A DNA stretch of 64,000 nt from an uncultured virus (IMG/VR IMGVR_UViG_2030936005_000022) (taxonomy: Duplodnaviria; Heunggongvirae; Uroviricota; Caudoviricetes). The translations under genes and the position numbers were made by a program. The notes beneath the pieces are model-generated. The model was not told the DNA's origin. It ran no database searches and worked only from the letters and a program-made list of their open reading frames with translations. The stretch is from positions 1 through 64,000 of the IMG/VR virus record IMGVR_UViG_2030936005_000022, one strand, 5' to 3'. Positions 59,909 through 64,000 of this stretch are shown here, one piece after another. Within the stretch, counting starts at the first letter, position 1. Each line of letters begins with the position of its first letter.

Positions 59909-62590
59909 TTACCAATTTATTGTACCATTTCCAGATGGCATACCATAACTCACAGGGAATGAAGATCCTGCGGCTTCTAACGATTCACCAAATACATCAA
60001 GTCTCGAACGCTTCTTAACATTAATACTAGATATTTGTGTACTATTAGTTTGAATTGTACCAATCCAGAAAACGTTATATGCTGAGGTTCCTGTTTCAGC
60101 AATTACATCTTCGGTTATATGATATTTTGCAATTCCTTGCTCCATTCGTACATATAAATGGAATGTTGTATTTGCTGGATTAGCTTTTACTGTTCTCAAA
60201 TCAATATTCTGTATTGGCATTGTGAATGACTTACCACTTAACATAACTGGTGTTTCTTCAGTGAAGTACACGATAAATCCTTGTGCAACATCTTGTGAAA
60301 CTACAACAATTGGGCTACCTTGAGCAGTCCAGTTTGTGTACTCAGATAATGTAGTACCAGTTTTTGTAAATACAACTTTTGTCGCAGAGTCCACACTTGA
60401 CATATATCCAAAACCAATCCCCGGTAATGCCGCTGGCATTAAACCCATTACGTTTGATGTATAAGAACCATTTGTGTTGAAATTAGTAAACTGTTGAGTA
60501 GTTTTATCGACTGTTGCTCTCCATGCAAAACTAATATCATTGCCTACTGTAACACGAATTAATGGATCAGAACCACCAATAAAATAGAATGTTCCTGCAT
60601 CATAAATTGTAATACCTGCACTTACTGATCTAGTACTCGCAGTGTTTGTTTGTGACAAATCAGTTTGCAATACACCTTCTTGTACTAAACGTTTAAAAGA
60701 TATTGATGTAATGGAAGTTCTGGAATTCACGTTAACTTCGACAACTCGGTAATAATAATCACGTGTTGTTGTACCAGCAGACAAATATAAAAATGCAGGA
60801 ATGTTAGTCTGTTGTGGAACATACAATACCGCATTTTTTGATGATGTTGTTGATAGTGCCGTTGTTACTTTTGCAAATTCAGAATTTTTAATATTATTAA
60901 ATGCTGTTGCATCAACTGAAATTGAACCAGTACTGTTCATTGAACTATCATAAGTTAATGGAGTGGTTTCTCTTACACCTTGTATAAAAATACCACCATT
61001 AGTAGTAACAGTACTACCGCTAATTGAACTAATTAAAATCATTTTGTTGGCATTGTAATTATAACTATTTCTATTCACAGTAGGTTCATAACCTTGTAGT
61101 GTACCATATGTTGTGGATTTAAATGTAAAATTAGGTGTAGCTTTATGTTCAGCAGTTGAAAATACAGAAGAACCATTCCCACTAATTGACATTTGTTTTG
61201 TAGTATTGTTTGGAAGTAATTCTACTCCAGTTGTATTTTGACCAATAGGTGAACCATAGGATTCATTCATCTGGCCTATTCTGAAATTAATATTTGGATT
61301 TGCTTTCCAGTTCAACATATTGTATGGTGTTACTTCAGTACTATAACCAGCTACTTGAACATACGGAGGTCTACCTAAGTTTGGAGTACTAACACATATT
61401 ACTTGATTTAATGAAGTGTACTCATATGTATTTCCTAAGTTAGCACCACCGTTATGATAGTAAATATCAGTATTTTTGACAACATTCCCACTTGCAACTA
61501 ACGCACTTCCTGTATTGGTTATTGTTAGAGATGCCCCTGTTACATAACCTGAATCAATAGCTACCGCTTTTGTAGTTGGGTTAATTACAAAACTCAATCC
61601 GTGCTGAGGACGAACATTATAACTTGATGTAGAAGCCCAAGCGTCACCATTTAAGCGAATACGTATGTTTCCTGATGCTTTATCCTGAATTCCATAAACG
61701 TCATATGCAACCATGAATGGTACGTTAGCATTTAGACCCGCTGGAACCAACATGTATGGTTGATTAGCCGCATCTGAATCGACTAGTTTATCACAAAGTC
61801 TGATTGTACTCGCCCCCGCTGTATTGGTATATAGTAAGTTACCATTCCATCCTGTTAATTGTGCTGAAGTAAAAGTACCTGCACTTTCATTGAATAAAAT
61901 TCTAACTATACCGAAATTCACATTAGGGGTAGTATTCAATTCTACATAGTAAATGTAGCCATCTTCGCCTAAAAATACGTTTTCGAGAGTCCCGCCATTT
62001 GGACACACTGTGGTAGCTGGTACGATAAAACCATTATGTTGTGTATCATCTAATGTTCCTTTAGTTAATGATGTGAAAAATGTACCATCATTATTTCCAG
62101 TATCTCCGGTTTGCATGGAACCGCATACAATACCACGGTTTGAACTAATAATAGACAACGCATACTTACCTGATGGGAAATATCCCGGATGATAAACTTT
62201 ATTTGTGTTTATAGAAGAAGTCAAATTTGTTGTGTTTAATACATTTGGTAGATACGAATAATAAACACCAACTGTACCACCATTCGTACCGGGACGAAGT
62301 GCTACCATAGTACCGTCATCTTCTAATAGAATCTTTATTCTACGATAGCTAGCGTTTTCAGATGCACCAACGAAGTCACCTGAAACACCAGCAGGTAGGT
62401 AGTTGTGTGTACCATAGTGTGATAATGGAAGAGTACTTATAATATCTTCTAACTCTGCACGAGTATAACCATCAAGTACCATATTACCATTGGCATCAAA
62501 CAATGTACCGTCTATACTTTGTACTGTTCTTAGGCCAGAAGCGAACGCTTGGTGTGTAACGTTATAGCCTCCATAAATTCTTTTTGTCAT
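59909..62590 (-). CDS. Large virion (fibre/baseplate appendage) protein, paralog 1
   Basis: 893 aa; TAAATA at 62623-62628. Confidence 0.65.
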   Translation of the reverse strand: MTKRIYGGYNVTHQAFASGLRTVQSIDGTLFDANGNMVLDGYTRAELEDIISTLPLSHYGTHNYLPAGVSGDFVGASENASYRRIKILLEDDGTMVALRPGTNGGTVGVYYSYLPNVLNTTNLTSSINTNKVYHPGYFPSGKYALSIISSNRGIVCGSMQTGDTGNNDGTFFTSLTKGTLDDTQHNGFIVPATTVCPNGGTLENVFLGEDGYIYYVELNTTPNVNFGIVRILFNESAGTFTSAQLTGWNGNLLYTNTAGASTIRLCDKLVDSDAANQPYMLVPAGLNANVPFMVAYDVYGIQDKASGNIRIRLNGDAWASTSSYNVRPQHGLSFVINPTTKAVAIDSGYVTGASLTITNTGSALVASGNVVKNTDIYYHNGGANLGNTYEYTSLNQVICVSTPNLGRPPYVQVAGYSTEVTPYNMLNWKANPNINFRIGQMNESYGSPIGQNTTGVELLPNNTTKQMSISGNGSSVFSTAEHKATPNFTFKSTTYGTLQGYEPTVNRNSYNYNANKMILISSISGSTVTTNGGIFIQGVRETTPLTYDSSMNSTGSISVDATAFNNIKNSEFAKVTTALSTTSSKNAVLYVPQQTNIPAFLYLSAGTTTRDYYYRVVEVNVNSRTSITSISFKRLVQEGVLQTDLSQTNTASTRSVSAGITIYDAGTFYFIGGSDPLIRVTVGNDISFAWRATVDKTTQQFTNFNTNGSYTSNVMGLMPAALPGIGFGYMSSVDSATKVVFTKTGTTLSEYTNWTAQGSPIVVVSQDVAQGFIVYFTEETPVMLSGKSFTMPIQNIDLRTVKANPANTTFHLYVRMEQGIAKYHITEDVIAETGTSAYNVFWIGTIQTNSTQISSINVKKRSRLDVFGESLEAAGSSFPVSYGMPSGNGTINW

Positions 62591-62638
62591 TTTATATCCC
62601 TTTAGTTAGATATCCATTATTATATTTATGTACAAAAC

Positions 62639-62663
62639 AAAAAAGCACCCATAGGGTGCTTTT
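62639..62663 (-). terminator. Intrinsic terminator
   Basis: AAAAGCACCC-ATA-GGGTGCTTTT. Confidence 0.85.
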
Positions 62664-62664
62664 G

Positions 62665-63135
62665 TTAGAAATCTGTACCTTTTCTTAGTACTCTTTGGTT
62701 ATTTGAACCTCTGAAGGGTAAATTCAAATTCTTTTCCTCTTGAATGAATTTTCCATCAATCAGTACATCAATGTACTTTAAAAGTGGTAGTGCATGGTTG
62801 TTCTGAACTTCCTCTAATGTATATCCGGTCCAGCACCAAATGTCTTTATCTGGGAATATTGTCTTTGCTTTAGCACAAAGTTGAAGTACTGTATCAATAT
62901 TCTTTTTCATTAGTGGATCACCACCAAGTAAGGACAATCCTGAAACGTAAGACTTACTTAGTTCAATTAGAATCTGGTCTTCAGTACTGGCAGTATATTC
63001 AGAACCACTCCTGTAATCCCATGCTTTTTCATTGAAACAGCCCGGACAACCATGACTGCATCCTGAAACGAAGAGAGAGCATCGAATGCCCTCTCCATTA
63101 ACTAAATCATCTTTAATGATAGTTTCGTAATTCAT
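62665..63135 (-). CDS. nrdG: Anaerobic ribonucleotide reductase activase (radical SAM)
   Basis: NGEGIRCSLFVSGCSHGCPGCFN, LGGDP, FRGSNNQR. Confidence 0.96.
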   Translation of the reverse strand: MNYETIIKDDLVNGEGIRCSLFVSGCSHGCPGCFNEKAWDYRSGSEYTASTEDQILIELSKSYVSGLSLLGGDPLMKKNIDTVLQLCAKAKTIFPDKDIWCWTGYTLEEVQNNHALPLLKYIDVLIDGKFIQEEKNLNLPFRGSNNQRVLRKGTDF

Positions 63136-63142
63136 TTATACC

Positions 63143-64000
63143 TCAATTAGTATGTTTTGTACGTTCAGTACATTCTTGTTGTTTACCTTTATTAAAGCCT
63201 CTTGATGATGGATTTCCCAAATACCCTGATACTCTACGGATAACTGACATTGTTTTGTCATTTCTGTTATTACAACTTGGACAATGGAATCCATCACGAT
63301 CAACAGCAAACTCACCCTCAAAGGAACATGCATAGCACTTGTCAACTGGTTGGTTAATACCAAAGTACGGCACTCTGAAATAAGCATAGTCAACCAACGC
63401 TTCTAGTGCTTTTAGGTTGTTTTTAAGGTTAGGTGTCTCAACGTAACTAATGTTACCTCCGTTGCTCAAGTAAGCAAAATCTTCTTCGTAGTTCCACTTC
63501 TCGAATGGTGTACTCTCAACCCATACTGGTTGGTGGAATGAGTTGGTAATGTAGTCGCGTTTGAGTACTGAAGGGAATTTACCCTCAATTGCACGTGCAA
63601 ACTTGTAACAAAGGCTCTCTGCTGGTGTACCGTAAAGACTGAAAGCTAAACGGCTTTGTGTTGAGAAGTCTTTACATTTTGTCTTCATGTAACTTAGAAT
63701 AGAAGTACAGAAGGTTTTGTCAATGTTTCCTTTAAGAATCTCACTGCACTCTGCTAAACCGACATACCCAATGCTAATACTAGCATATCCATCATAGAAT
63801 AGCTGTTCGATTGTATCCTCTGGATCTAACCTTGCAAGTACTCCTTCGGTGAATAGGATTGGGTTTTGTTTTGCTTTCATACTCTTTAAACGCTCTACAC
63901 GGTTCATCTGAGCACGATACGCCATTTGCATATGTTGGTCTATCTTAGTATAGAAATCGCCGTCAGAGGCCGATTCAAGGGCTAATAATGGAAGATTAAT
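63143..64000 (-). CDS. nrdD: Anaerobic ribonucleoside-triphosphate reductase, C-terminal part (truncated by window edge)
   Basis: TPAESL, YITNSFH, CxxC..CPSC, RRVSGYL glycyl-radical motif. Confidence 0.96.
   Translation of the reverse strand: MNLPLLALESASDGDFYTKIDQHMQMAYRAQMNRVERLKSMKAKQNPILFTEGVLARLDPEDTIEQLFYDGYASISIGYVGLAECSEILKGNIDKTFCTSILSYMKTKCKDFSTQSRLAFSLYGTPAESLCYKFARAIEGKFPSVLKRDYITNSFHQPVWVESTPFEKWNYEEDFAYLSNGGNISYVETPNLKNNLKALEALVDYAYFRVPYFGINQPVDKCYACSFEGEFAVDRDGFHCPSCNNRNDKTMSVIRRVSGYLGNPSSRGFNKGKQQECTERTKHTN

Overview
This 64 kb window is an AT-rich, gene-dense segment of a jumbo T4-related myovirus. Gene content resembles the RaK2/GAP32/121Q-type jumbo phages of enterobacteria; this is my recollection, not a search result. 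From left to right it holds: (1) fibre/baseplate-type virion genes (0.8-12.7 kb); (2) thymidylate synthase and a MoxR AAA+/VWA-metallopeptidase pair; (3) a morphogenesis block with acidic head-type proteins, a gp4-like nuclease, three tube-family genes, the sheath, dNMP kinase and neck; (4) an RNA-repair/translation-protection cluster (Pth2-like, macrodomain, Nudix, CCA enzyme, HPF, 2H phosphoesterase, TROVE/VWA-like, RNA ligase); (5) many small hypothetical genes plus tk, spanins, ACP-like, 2OG-oxygenase-like and nucleotidyltransferase genes; (6) three paralogous virion proteins and nrdG/nrdD. The strongest unannotated signals are: a ~480-nt highly structured non-coding RNA candidate at 48287-48771 (-) with its own promoter, terminator and 17-bp closing helix; strong over-representation of the palindrome AGTACT; a conserved promoter GGGACA-N17-TATA(A/C)T in five copies; RBS-occluding hairpins built around late TAAATA promoters; and two single-base frameshifts. 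All functional calls come from motif recognition by eye; no searches were run.
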